55,228 bases of DNA from Candidatus Methylomirabilota bacterium (GCA_035259825.1 DATFWA010000296.1:1-55228); one strand, 5' to 3'; shown: positions 36,141-45,389, counted from the stretch's first letter. Made by a program: numbers and translations. The notes: generated from the letters alone by a model not told the origin.

Positions 36141-37118
36141 GTGTCCCACCCGCTGGCCGGCCATCTGGAGGTCGACGATTCGGCGCGGACCGTCCGCCAC
36201 TACCGCTACGCGGTCGAGCGGATGACCCGGATCCTCGGGGGCTGGATCGCGCTGACGCCGGAGATATCCGCCAAGCTGCTCATGGGACGGCATGTCTGGG
36301 ACAACGCCCAGCACGCCGACGCCTGGGGCAAGCGTCTCCCCGAGCTGCGCGCCGCCGCCCAGGTCTCCGAGCCGGCGAGCGAGCGGCTGGTGGCATTCAT
36401 GGACGCGCTGGAAGAAGCCGAGGCGCCCGGGCAGACCATCGAGCGCGTGGTGGCCGTCTACCGGGTTTTGAAGCCGCATCTGCTCGCGACCTACGAGGCA
36501 CACCTCGCCCGGGCCAACGCGGTGTACGAGCCGCCGACCTGCCGCATCCTCGCGCGCTGCATCCAGGACGAGCGACGCCACGTCACCGCGGGCGAGACCA
36601 TCCTCCGTCACCTGCTGCGGTCGCCCGAGCACGAGGAGCGGGCGCGCGCGTGCGAGGCGCGGCTCTGGGCGCTGCTGCAAGGCGCGGGCGGAGTCACCGG
36701 GACGGGGCCGGTCACGCGCGCGTCCGGCGATACCGCACCGTCGCCACTCAGCGACGACGCGTCCGAGTTCGTCCGGCTCGAGCGCTCGACCACCGAGTGG
36801 CGGATCGCTCCGGAGCTGGCCGCGGCCCTCGTGGCGTTCGGTGACGCGCTGGTCGCCGGCGATGAGGCCGCCGTGCGGCAATGGCTCACCCCCGAAGCGG
36901 TGCCGGACCCCGAGGTGACGGCGCGGCTCGGCGAGGCGCGGGGCGGCCGGCATCGTGTCGTGGCGTTCGCCCGCGTCGGCGCCCACCGACTGGCGAAGCT
37001 CCGCGTGGACGGCGCCGGCGCGCCGCTTACCCTGCTGATGCGCTGGGTGCCCGGAAGCGCCGGCTGGCGCATCGCCGCGCTCGAGACCGTCTCCGCCTCC
37101 GCCGCCCAGCCCGCCTGA
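36141..37118 (+). CDS. hypothetical protein: degenerate ferritin-like N-terminal domain plus NTF2/SnoaL-like C-terminal domain
   Basis: The GTG start lies 11 nt after the upstream stop. It contains YRYAVERMTRILGGW, HVWDNAQHADAW and CIQDERRHVTAGE (one clear ExxH). The C-terminal roughly 110 aa reads ...ALVAGDEAAVRQWLTPEAV...WRIAALETV. Confidence 0.6.
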   Translation: MSHPLAGHLEVDDSARTVRHYRYAVERMTRILGGWIALTPEISAKLLMGRHVWDNAQHADAWGKRLPELRAAAQVSEPASERLVAFMDALEEAEAPGQTIERVVAVYRVLKPHLLATYEAHLARANAVYEPPTCRILARCIQDERRHVTAGETILRHLLRSPEHEERARACEARLWALLQGAGGVTGTGPVTRASGDTAPSPLSDDASEFVRLERSTTEWRIAPELAAALVAFGDALVAGDEAAVRQWLTPEAVPDPEVTARLGEARGGRHRVVAFARVGAHRLAKLRVDGAGAPLTLLMRWVPGSAGWRIAALETVSASAAQPA

Positions 37119-37123
37119 GTGAC

Positions 37124-38464
37124 GTGCTCACACGCGTCCTGATCGCCAACCGGGGGGAGATCGCCCGCCGCGTCATCCGCGGCTGCCGCGCGCTGGGCGT
37201 CCACTCGATCGCGGTCTACTCCGAGGCCGACGCGAGCTGGCCGCACGTGGCCGATGCCGACGAGGCGGTGGCGATCGGGCCGGCGCCCGCGCGGGAGAGC
37301 TATCTCGACATCGAGCGGCTGCTCGACGCGGCCCGTCGCACGAAGGCGGAGGCCGTCCACCCGGGCTACGGGTTCCTCTCGGAGAACTGGCGGTTCGCTC
37401 AGGCCTGCGAGACCGCCGGGCTCGTCTTCATCGGCCCGTCGTGGAAAGTGATCCAGCAGATGGGCGACAAGGTCGCGGCGCGCACCCTGATGGCGGCGGC
37501 GGGCGTGCCGGTGGTGCCGGGCAGCGCCGGGCCGGTGGACTCCGTGGATGCGGCTCGCGAGGTCGCCGCCCGCGTCGGGTATCCGGTCATGGTCAAGGCG
37601 GCCGCGGGCGGAGGCGGCATCGGTATGATGCGCGTGCCGGACGAGGCCGGGCTGGCCGCCGCATTCATCGCGGCGCAGCGGAGGGCGCAATCCGCCTTCG
37701 GCTCGGGTGCACTGTTCGTGGAGCGCTACCTGGAGAGCCCGCGGCACGTCGAGGTCCAGGTCTTCGGCGACACGAGCGGTCGGGTCGTCCACCTGCACGA
37801 GCGCGAGTGCTCGATCCAGCGTCGGCATCAGAAGCTCGTCGAGGAGAGCCCGGCTCCCAACCTGTCACCCGCGCTCAAGGTCCGGCTGACCGAAGCGGCG
37901 GTGGCGGGTGCGCGCGCGGTCGGCTACGTGAACGCGGGGACGATGGAGTTCATCGTTCACGGAGAGGAGTTCTACTTTCTCGAGATGAACACGCGCCTGC
38001 AAGTCGAGCACCCGGTGACCGAGGAGGTGACGGGTCTCGATCTGGTGCAGGCGCAATTGCGCGTGGCGTCCGGAGAGCCGCTGCCGTGGACGCAGGAGCA
38101 GGTGCCGCAGCGGGGATCGAGCATCGAGTGCCGCGTCTATGCCGAGGATCCGGCCCGCAATTTCGTGCCGTCGCCTGGACGCATCTCCCGGCTGGCGCTG
38201 CCCGCCGGACCGGGCGTGCGCGTCGAATGCGGGGTGGCCGAGGGCGTGGAGGTCTCGGTGCACTACGATCCGCTCCTGGCCAAGCTCATCGCCACCGGCG
38301 CCACTCGGGACGAGGCGATCGAGCGGATGCGCGGGGCGCTCGCCGCGTTCGTGGTCGAGGGCGTGAAGACGGTGATTCCCTTCCAGCAGCGGGTGATGGA
38401 CAGCCCCGCGTTCCACGCGGGCGCCGTGCACACGCAGATGGTGGAGCAGGGCGCCTTCCGCTGA
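37124..38464 (+). CDS. accC: biotin carboxylase subunit of an acyl-CoA carboxylase (no fused BCCP)
   Basis: VLTRVLIANRGEIARRVIRGCRALG, GYPVMVKAAAGGGGIGM, EMNTRLQVEHPVTE. 446 aa, ending before any biotinyl domain. Confidence 0.93.
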   Translation: MLTRVLIANRGEIARRVIRGCRALGVHSIAVYSEADASWPHVADADEAVAIGPAPARESYLDIERLLDAARRTKAEAVHPGYGFLSENWRFAQACETAGLVFIGPSWKVIQQMGDKVAARTLMAAAGVPVVPGSAGPVDSVDAAREVAARVGYPVMVKAAAGGGGIGMMRVPDEAGLAAAFIAAQRRAQSAFGSGALFVERYLESPRHVEVQVFGDTSGRVVHLHERECSIQRRHQKLVEESPAPNLSPALKVRLTEAAVAGARAVGYVNAGTMEFIVHGEEFYFLEMNTRLQVEHPVTEEVTGLDLVQAQLRVASGEPLPWTQEQVPQRGSSIECRVYAEDPARNFVPSPGRISRLALPAGPGVRVECGVAEGVEVSVHYDPLLAKLIATGATRDEAIERMRGALAAFVVEGVKTVIPFQQRVMDSPAFHAGAVHTQMVEQGAFR

Positions 38465-38491
38465 GGCGTCTCGCTCCGGGCGGCAGGCGCG

Positions 38492-40126
38492 ATGGAGACG
38501 AACCTCACCGACGCGCGGACGCGAGCGATGACCGCGGCGGGACTCTGGCGCAACGAGAGCCTGCTGGCCTATCTCGACCGCTGGGCCCGCGAGCGGCCGG
38601 GCCAGACCGCGCTGGTCGACGGTCGCGGTCGCCTGTCCTGGGGCGAGCTCGCCCGGGCGGCGGATCGCGTAGCCCACGGGCTGCGGTCCCACGGCGTTGA
38701 GGCGGGCGGCGTGATCTCCTGCCAGATGCCGAACTGGAGCGAGGCGATCGTGGTGTTCCTGGCCGCGCTGCGGCTGGGCGCGGTGATCAATCCGATCCCG
38801 CCGGCCTACCGGGCCAGCGAGTTGCGCTTCATGCTGAGGCTGCTCGAGTCGCAGGTGGCGGTGGTGCCCGCCACGTTCCGCGGCTTCGACCACGCGGGCA
38901 TGCTGGCCGGCCTGCGCCCGGAATTGCCGCGCCTCGAGCACGTGTTCGTGGCTCGCGGCGAAGGGCCGGCCGGCACCAAGCCGCTGCGCGCCCTCACCGA
39001 CGAGCCGTGGGAGACGCGCGCGGGCCGGCGTGAGTTCCCGGGCACGCGTCCCAACGCGGTTCACGAGGTGGTGTTCACGTCGGGCACCACCGGCGAGCCC
39101 AAGGGCGTCATGCACACCCAGAACACCACGCTATCCACGCTCCATCTGGCGATCGAACGGCTCGAGATGAGCGAGCGCGAGGTGCTGCTGATGGCCTCCA
39201 CCGTCGGCCATCAGACCGGCTTTCTCTTCGGTCACTGCCTGAACCTGCTGCTGGGCGCCACTGCCGTCTGGATGGACGTCTGGAACGTGGAAGAAGCGGC
39301 CCGCCTGATCGAGTCCGAGGGCGTGACGTTCTCGATGGGCGCCACCCCATTCCTGCGCGATCTGACCGATCTGAAGACCGCCCGCGACCGCTCCGCGCTG
39401 CGCCTGTTCATCTCGGCGGGGGCGCCGATCCCTCGCGCGCTCGTGCGGGACGCGCGAGAGCGCCTCGGCTGCGTCATCTCGGCGGGGTGGGGGATGACCG
39501 AGAACGGGATGGTCACCTGCAACGGCCTGCGCGACGACGAGGAGAAGATCGTCGGCAGCGACGGCTCTCCGCTGGCCGGGATGGAGCTGCGGATCGTCGA
39601 CGACGACGGCGCCCCCGTCCCGCCCGGCGTGGAGGGCGACCTGCTGGCGCGCGGCGCCGCGCTGTTCGTCGGCTACTTCCAGCGGCCGCATTTCACCACC
39701 GAGGCCCACACCGCCGACGGGTGGTTCCGCACCGGGGACCGTGGCACCCTCGATCACGACGGCTACCTGGCGATCACCGGTCGGTCGAAGGACCTCATCA
39801 TCCGGGGGGGCGAGAACATCCCGGTCGTGGAGGTCGAGAACCTGCTCTACACTCATCCGAAGGTCGCCGGCGTCGCGATCGTGGCCACGCCCGATCCCCG
39901 GCTGGGAGAGCGGGCGTGCGCGGTGGTGATCCCGCGCGAGGGACAGACGATCACGTTGGGCGAGATCGTGAGCTTCCTGGAGCGTCACCAGCTGGCCCGC
40001 CAGAAATTTCCGGAGCGCCTCGAGCTGGTCTCCGAGTTCCCCACCACGCCGAGCGGCAAGATCCAGAAGTACAAGCTGCGCGACCTTGTGGCCGAGCGGG
40101 CCCGGCGCGCGGAGAGGCCGACATGA
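38492..40126 (+). CDS. AMP-dependent acyl-CoA ligase (AliA / cyclohexanecarboxylate-CoA ligase-like)
   Basis: FTSGTTGEPKGVMH, GWGMTENG, WFRTGD, GRSKDLIIRGGENI and PSGKIQK. The N-terminal MPNWSEA...NPIPPAYRASELRFML...VPATFRGFDH resembles AliA-type ligases by eye. Confidence 0.9.
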   Translation: METNLTDARTRAMTAAGLWRNESLLAYLDRWARERPGQTALVDGRGRLSWGELARAADRVAHGLRSHGVEAGGVISCQMPNWSEAIVVFLAALRLGAVINPIPPAYRASELRFMLRLLESQVAVVPATFRGFDHAGMLAGLRPELPRLEHVFVARGEGPAGTKPLRALTDEPWETRAGRREFPGTRPNAVHEVVFTSGTTGEPKGVMHTQNTTLSTLHLAIERLEMSEREVLLMASTVGHQTGFLFGHCLNLLLGATAVWMDVWNVEEAARLIESEGVTFSMGATPFLRDLTDLKTARDRSALRLFISAGAPIPRALVRDARERLGCVISAGWGMTENGMVTCNGLRDDEEKIVGSDGSPLAGMELRIVDDDGAPVPPGVEGDLLARGAALFVGYFQRPHFTTEAHTADGWFRTGDRGTLDHDGYLAITGRSKDLIIRGGENIPVVEVENLLYTHPKVAGVAIVATPDPRLGERACAVVIPREGQTITLGEIVSFLERHQLARQKFPERLELVSEFPTTPSGKIQKYKLRDLVAERARRAERPT

Positions 40127-40920
40127 ATCTCAATCTCGCGGGCAAGAGCGTGATCGTCACCGGCGGGGGCTCCAACATCGGGCGGGCGATCAGCCTCGCG
40201 TTCGCGCGTGAGGGCGTTCACCTCACCGTCGCGGAGATCGACGAGGGGCAGGGCACGAAGGTCGCGGCCGAGGCCCAGACGCTCGGCGCCGCCTCCGCCA
40301 CCCTCGTGCCGACCGACGTGACCCGCTGGGAGTCGGTGCAGGCGATGGTGCGCGAGGTCGAGGGCCGCGCCGGCCGCGTGGACGTCCTCGTGAACAACGT
40401 CGGCTGGACGTACGACCGCCTCTTCGTCGAGAAGGAGCGGACGGAGTGGGAGCGCGAGATCCAGCTCAACCTGTGGGGCATGATCAACTGCACGCGCGCG
40501 GTGCTGGACGGCATGATCGCGCGTAAGGCGGGCGCGATCGTGAGCATGGGCTCGGACGCCGGGCGCATGGGCGAATTCCGCGAGGGTGTCTATGGGGCCT
40601 GCAAGGCCGGCGTCATCGCGCTCAGCAAGAGTCTGGCCCGCGAGGTGGGCCGCCACGGGATTCGCCTCAACGTGGTGTGCCCGGGCATGACGATTCCCGG
40701 ATCCGAGGAAGACTTCGGCGACCGCAGCATGTGGGCCGCCGAGGCCAACCGCGCCTGGAGCGCGCCGGACATGCAGGCGCGGATCGCCAAGGCGTATCCG
40801 CTCCGGCGCGTCGGGCGACCCGAGGACGTGGCCCCCGCCGTGCTGTTCCTGGCCTCCGACGCCGCCGGCTTCATCACCGGGCAGACCCTGTCGGTGAGCG
40901 GCGGCTACACCATGATGTGA
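40123..40920 (+). CDS. SDR-family oxidoreductase
   Basis: KSVIVTGGGSNIGRAISLAFAREG, NNVG and YGACKAGVIALSKSLA. ATGA overlap with the ligase. Confidence 0.9.
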   Translation: MNLNLAGKSVIVTGGGSNIGRAISLAFAREGVHLTVAEIDEGQGTKVAAEAQTLGAASATLVPTDVTRWESVQAMVREVEGRAGRVDVLVNNVGWTYDRLFVEKERTEWEREIQLNLWGMINCTRAVLDGMIARKAGAIVSMGSDAGRMGEFREGVYGACKAGVIALSKSLAREVGRHGIRLNVVCPGMTIPGSEEDFGDRSMWAAEANRAWSAPDMQARIAKAYPLRRVGRPEDVAPAVLFLASDAAGFITGQTLSVSGGYTMM

Positions 40921-40931
40921 GCGGGCGCGCA

Positions 40932-42083
40932 ATGGATCTGCAGCTCTCGCCTGAGCAGGACGCCCTCAGCCGGACCCTCCGCCAGTTCGCCCGGAAGGAG
41001 CTGGCGCCGCACTCTGCCGCGTGGGACCGCAGCGGGCGCTTTCCGTCGGAGGCGTGGCGCCGGATGGGCGAGCTGGGCCTCCTGGGTCTTCGGATCCCCG
41101 CCGCCTACGGGGGTCAGGAGTCCGACTTCCTGACCTTCGGTATCGCGATGGAGGAGATCGGGCGCGGCGACTTCAGCTGCACCTACGGAATCCAGCTCGC
41201 GGGGCTGGCCGGCGAGATCCTGGGCCGCAGCGCGCCCGAGGCGCTCAAGGCGCGATGGCTGCCTCCCACCGCGGCCGGCGAGGTGGTGGTGGCCCTGGCC
41301 CTTACCGAGCCGGGCGCCGGCTCCGACGCGGCCAACCTCGCATGCCGCGCCGAGCGCGACGGCGACGGCTACGTGCTCACCGGGGAGAAATCCGGGATCA
41401 GCCTGGGCATGGCCGCGCACGCCGCCATCGTGTTCGCGCGCACGGATCCGGGCGCGCGGGCGCGCGGGATCACCGCGTTCCTGGTGCCGCTCGATCTGCC
41501 CGGGGTTTCGCGGAGCGCGCTGCGCGACATGGGTACGCGTGCGATCGCGCGCGCGGTGCTGACGTTCGACCACGTGCGGATCCCCCGCTCGCATCGTCTA
41601 GGCGAGGAGGGCACCGGCTTCTACCAGGTCATGCAGGGCTTCGACTACAACCGCATCGGAATCGCGCTGGCCTGTTTGGGCGTCGCGCAGCAGTCGGTCG
41701 AGGAGACCATGACCTACGTACGCGAGCGGAAGGCGTTCGGCCAGCCGCTGGCGCGCTTCCAGGGTGTGTCGTTCGCCATCGCGGAGGCGGCGACACACGT
41801 GGAGGCCTGCCGCTGGCTCTGCTATCGGGCGCTCTGGCTCGCCGATCAGGGGAAGCCCCACACCAAGGAATCGGCCATGGCCAAGTGGTGGGGCCCACGC
41901 CTGTCGGTGGAGACGATCCACCAGTGCCTGCTGCTCCACGGCCACTACGGCTACACCGACGAGCTGCCCTTCGAGCAACGCATGCGGGACGTGATCGGCC
42001 TCGAGATCGGCGACGGCGCCTCCGAGGTCATGAAGATGGTGGTGGCCCGCGAGCTGATGGGACGCGAGAGCCTGCCGTACTAG
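40932..42083 (+). CDS. acyl-CoA dehydrogenase
   Basis: LALTEPGAGSDAANL, QVMQGFDYNRIGIA, and C-terminal IGDGASEVMKMVVAREL. Confidence 0.93.
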   Translation: MDLQLSPEQDALSRTLRQFARKELAPHSAAWDRSGRFPSEAWRRMGELGLLGLRIPAAYGGQESDFLTFGIAMEEIGRGDFSCTYGIQLAGLAGEILGRSAPEALKARWLPPTAAGEVVVALALTEPGAGSDAANLACRAERDGDGYVLTGEKSGISLGMAAHAAIVFARTDPGARARGITAFLVPLDLPGVSRSALRDMGTRAIARAVLTFDHVRIPRSHRLGEEGTGFYQVMQGFDYNRIGIALACLGVAQQSVEETMTYVRERKAFGQPLARFQGVSFAIAEAATHVEACRWLCYRALWLADQGKPHTKESAMAKWWGPRLSVETIHQCLLLHGHYGYTDELPFEQRMRDVIGLEIGDGASEVMKMVVARELMGRESLPY

Positions 42084-42188
42084 CGCGGACCGGCCGCGGC
42101 CCGTCACGACTTGCCCGGATGTGAGAGAATGCGGCCGCCTCGAGAGGCGCCGCGCGAAATCCCTCCGCGGAACGACAAGGAGCGCTCA

Positions 42189-42404
42189 ATGTCCGAGGAC
42201 GTCAAGGCCCACATCACCGGTGTGGTCTTCCAGATCACCAGCAAGCCGGGGGACGCGGTGGCCGCCGGAGATCCGGTCATCGTGCTCGAATCCATGAAGA
42301 TGGAGATTCCGGTCGAAGCGCCCCGCGCCGGCAAAGTGCGCGAGATCCGGGTCAGCGAGGGGCAGACGGTGCAGGAGGGAGACACCGTCGCGGTGATCGA
42401 CTAG
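42189..42404 (+). CDS. stand-alone biotin carboxyl carrier protein (biotinyl domain only, 71 aa)
   Basis: GDPVIVLESMKMEIPVEAPRAGKV, with the biotinyl-Lys in an (A/S)MKM context. AAGGAG Shine-Dalgarno. Confidence 0.85.
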   Translation: MSEDVKAHITGVVFQITSKPGDAVAAGDPVIVLESMKMEIPVEAPRAGKVREIRVSEGQTVQEGDTVAVID

Positions 42405-42427
42405 CCCCGGTTGCGGAGGAGACACCG

Positions 42428-42931
42428 ATGGCCGTCGCTCTGATCCGCGAGCTCTACGACTACCACCACTGGGCGAACCGTCGCCTCTTCGACCTCGCGG
42501 CCGGGCTGGGCGACGGGGCCACCCGCGACATGGGCGCGCACTGGAGCTTTCCGACGCTCAAGGGCATGTTCGCCCACGTCTACGGCGCCGACCACTCCTG
42601 GCTGAAGCGTTGGCAGGGCTCGTCGCCGAGCAGGCTGATGGGCGACGGCGACTTCGCCTCCATGGCCGACCTCCGGCAGAAGTGGGACGATCTCGAGACC
42701 GAGCAGCGCGCCTTCGTAGGCGCGGTGAGCGAAGCCGATCTCTCCCGGGTCGTGACCTACCGGAACACCCAGGGCAAGGAGTTCCGCGTAGCGCTGGGCC
42801 CGCTGCTGCAGCACGTGGTCAACCACGCGACCCATCACCGCAGCGAGGCCGCCACCATGATCACGCTGATCAGCGGCTCGCCGCCCGACACTGGGATCAA
42901 CACCTACCGTGTCGCGGTGGTCAAGGGCTGA
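42428..42931 (+). CDS. DinB-family (DinB/YfiT-like four-helix bundle, metal-binding) protein
   Basis: YDYHHWANRRLFD...HVYGADHSWL...LLQHVVNHATHHRSEA (His triad pattern). Confidence 0.8.
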   Translation: MAVALIRELYDYHHWANRRLFDLAAGLGDGATRDMGAHWSFPTLKGMFAHVYGADHSWLKRWQGSSPSRLMGDGDFASMADLRQKWDDLETEQRAFVGAVSEADLSRVVTYRNTQGKEFRVALGPLLQHVVNHATHHRSEAATMITLISGSPPDTGINTYRVAVVKG

Positions 42932-42941
42932 TCCGGTGGGG

Positions 42942-44561
42942 ATGAAGGACCTCGTCGACGACCTGCGCGCGCGCCGCCAGCGCGCGCTGGCGATGGGCGG
43001 CGCCGACGCGGTGGCCAAGCAGCACGCGGAGGGCAAGCTCACCGTCCGCGAGCGGCTCGATCGCCTGTTCGACGCCGATTCGTTCCAGGAGATCGGCGTC
43101 CTCGCGACCCACGCCAACGTCGTCCCCGCGATGAAGGGGCGGGAGACGCCCGCGGACGGCGTGATCACCGGATTCGGCCAGATCGCCGGGCGGCCCGCCG
43201 CGGTGATCGCCTACGACTTCACGGTGATGGCCGGCTCGATGGGACGCACCGCCGAGGTGAAGTGCAACCGAGCGCGCGAGATCGCGCTCGGCAAGCGCAT
43301 GCCGATGATCTGGCTGATCGACTCGGCGGGCGCCCGCATCCAGGAGGCGATCGGGTCGACCTTCGCCGGGTCGGGCTTGCTGTTCCGCGAGGAGTCGATC
43401 ATGTCCGGGGTGGTGCCGATGGTCGCCGCCATGATGGGGCCGGGCGCCGCGGGCACCGCGTACATCCCGGCCCTGGCCGACTTCGTGCCGATGGTAAAGG
43501 GCACGAGTCACATGGCTCTCGGCGGGCCGCCCCTCGTGAAGGCGGTCGTCGGCGAGGACATCAGCGCCGAGGAGCTGAGCGGCTCCAAGGTCCACACCGA
43601 GATCTCGGGCGTGGCGGACCTCGAGGTTCCCGACGATACCGCGTGCATCGCGGCGGTCAAGGAGTACCTGTCGTACTTCCCCGGGTCGAATCTCGAGCAG
43701 CCGCCGCTCGTGCCTTGCGACGATCCGGCTGACCGGATGGACGAGGCGCTGCTGAGCGTCGTGCCGGACTCGGCGCGGCGGGCCTACGACATGAAGAAAG
43801 TGATTGGGCATTTGGCGGACCACGGACGCTTCTTCGAGATCAAGCCCGGCTGGGCTCGCAACCTGATCACCGGCTTCGCCCGGATGGGCGGCCGCCCGGT
43901 GGGGATCGTGGCCAACCAGCCGATGGTGCTGGGCGGCGCCCTCGACGTGGACTCGGCCGACAAAGCAGCGCGCTTCATAATGCTGTGCGACGCCTTCCAC
44001 ATCCCGCTGCTGTTCCTGCAGGACGTTCCGGGCTTCCTGGTGGGCTCCAAGGTGGAGCGCCAGGGGATCATCCGTCACGGCGCCAAGATGTTGTACGCGG
44101 TGAGCGAGGCCACCGTGCCGAAGGTCACGGTGGTGGTGCGCAAGGCCTACGGAGCCGGCTACTTCGTCATGTGCGGGCGTGCCTACGAGCCGGACCTGAT
44201 CGTGGCCTGGCCCACCGCGGAGATCTCGGTAATGGGCCCGGAGGGCGGGACCAACATCATCTTCCGGAAGGAGATCGCGGCCGCCGCCGATCCCGCGGAG
44301 GAGCGCGCGCGCCGCGTGGAGGAGTTCCGGCGGCTCATCAACCCCTACATCGCGGCCGGCGGAGCGCTGATCGACGACGTCATCGATCCTCGCGAGACCC
44401 GACCGGTGGTGATCCGGGCCCTGGAGATGGCCCGAACCAAGAAGGTCGAGCGTCCCTGGAAGAAGCACGGAGTGATGCCGGTCCGACCAAGGAGGACCAC
44501 GCCATGCACATCGGTCTCTGCATGTTCGCTACCGACTACGCCATCCGCATCGACGAGCTAG
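42942..44561 (+). CDS. acyl-CoA carboxylase carboxyltransferase subunit (PccB/MccB/AtuC-like)
   Basis: KLTVRERLDRLFDADSFQEIG, DFTVMAGSMG, PMIWLIDSAGARIQE, PLLFLQDVPGFLVG and VVVRKAYGAGYF. The C-terminal 25 aa beyond the usual KKHG..P. end overlap the next gene. Confidence 0.92.
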   Translation: MKDLVDDLRARRQRALAMGGADAVAKQHAEGKLTVRERLDRLFDADSFQEIGVLATHANVVPAMKGRETPADGVITGFGQIAGRPAAVIAYDFTVMAGSMGRTAEVKCNRAREIALGKRMPMIWLIDSAGARIQEAIGSTFAGSGLLFREESIMSGVVPMVAAMMGPGAAGTAYIPALADFVPMVKGTSHMALGGPPLVKAVVGEDISAEELSGSKVHTEISGVADLEVPDDTACIAAVKEYLSYFPGSNLEQPPLVPCDDPADRMDEALLSVVPDSARRAYDMKKVIGHLADHGRFFEIKPGWARNLITGFARMGGRPVGIVANQPMVLGGALDVDSADKAARFIMLCDAFHIPLLFLQDVPGFLVGSKVERQGIIRHGAKMLYAVSEATVPKVTVVVRKAYGAGYFVMCGRAYEPDLIVAWPTAEISVMGPEGGTNIIFRKEIAAAADPAEERARRVEEFRRLINPYIAAGGALIDDVIDPRETRPVVIRALEMARTKKVERPWKKHGVMPVRPRRTTPCTSVSACSLPTTPSASTS

Positions 44562-45340
44562 CCCGCGCCGCCGAGGAGCGCGGCTTCGAGTCGCTGTTCG
44601 TGCCGGAGCACACCCACATCCCGACCAGCCGCCGTACGCCCTTTCCCGGCGGCGGTCAGCTGCCGAAAGAATACTCGCACACCTTCGATCCCTTCGTGTC
44701 GCTGATGGCCGCGGCCGCCGCGACCAAGCGCCTGAAGGTCGGCACCGGCATCTGCCTGATCATCGAGCGCGACACCATCACCACCGCCAAGGAGGTGGCG
44801 AGCCTCGACCTGCTCTCGGGCGGCCGCTTCCTGTTCGGGATCGGAGCGGGCTGGAACGCGGATGAAATGGAGAATCACGGAACGGAGTTCAAGAGCCGGT
44901 ACAAGCGGATGCGCGAGCAGGTGCTGGCCATGAAGGAGATCTGGACCAAGGACGAGGCGCGGTACCACGGCGAGCACGTGAAGTTCGATCCGATCTGGTC
45001 GTGGCCCAAGCCGGCTCAGAAGCCGCATCCGCCCGTGCTGCTGGGGGGCGAGAGCGGTCACACCCTGCAGCGGGTGGTGGACTTCTGCGAGGGCTGGTTT
45101 CCGCGAGGCCGGGCCGGCGACGTGATCCTGAGTGGGCTCAAGGACCTGCAGGCGCGCGCCGCCAGGGCGGGGCGGGACATGAAGACGATCTCGGTCTCGG
45201 TGTTCGGGGCCAAGCCGGACGAGGCGACGCTCGAGAGCTACACGGGGGCCGGAATCGCGCGCTCGATCCTGCGTCTGCCCTCGGAGGGTCGAGAGGTGAT
45301 CCTGCCGCTGCTCGATCAATACGCCAAGCTGATCCGCTGA
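44504..45340 (+). CDS. LLM-class (luciferase-like) oxidoreductase, probably F420-dependent
   Basis: MHIGLCMFATDYAIRIDELARAAEERGFESLFVPEHTHIP...GGRFLFGIGAGWN. AAGGAGG Shine-Dalgarno. Confidence 0.85.
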   Translation: MHIGLCMFATDYAIRIDELARAAEERGFESLFVPEHTHIPTSRRTPFPGGGQLPKEYSHTFDPFVSLMAAAAATKRLKVGTGICLIIERDTITTAKEVASLDLLSGGRFLFGIGAGWNADEMENHGTEFKSRYKRMREQVLAMKEIWTKDEARYHGEHVKFDPIWSWPKPAQKPHPPVLLGGESGHTLQRVVDFCEGWFPRGRAGDVILSGLKDLQARAARAGRDMKTISVSVFGAKPDEATLESYTGAGIARSILRLPSEGREVILPLLDQYAKLIR

Positions 45341-45358
45341 CCAGCGGCCGGAGGGAAG

Positions 45359-45389
45359 CTCGGGAGGGGGCGTCAGCCCCCCTCCCGGG
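45359..45389. terminator. bidirectional GC-rich hairpin between the convergent LLM gene and rpoD
   Basis: CGGGAGGGGG-(7-nt loop)-CCCCCTCCCG, a 10-bp perfect stem, filling the 49-nt convergent gap. Confidence 0.7.

Noticed and set aside
44487-44561. The carboxyltransferase runs about 25 codons past the usual ...KKHG..P. C-terminus (RPRRTTPCTSVSACSLPTTPSASTS) and overlaps the Shine-Dalgarno and the first 58 nt of the LLM gene. This was considered as a frameshift or recoding site.
   Set aside because: No slippery sequence or interrupted domain is visible. The CT domain is complete before the extension, so simple late-stop read-through into the next gene in GC-rich DNA is the most economical explanation.
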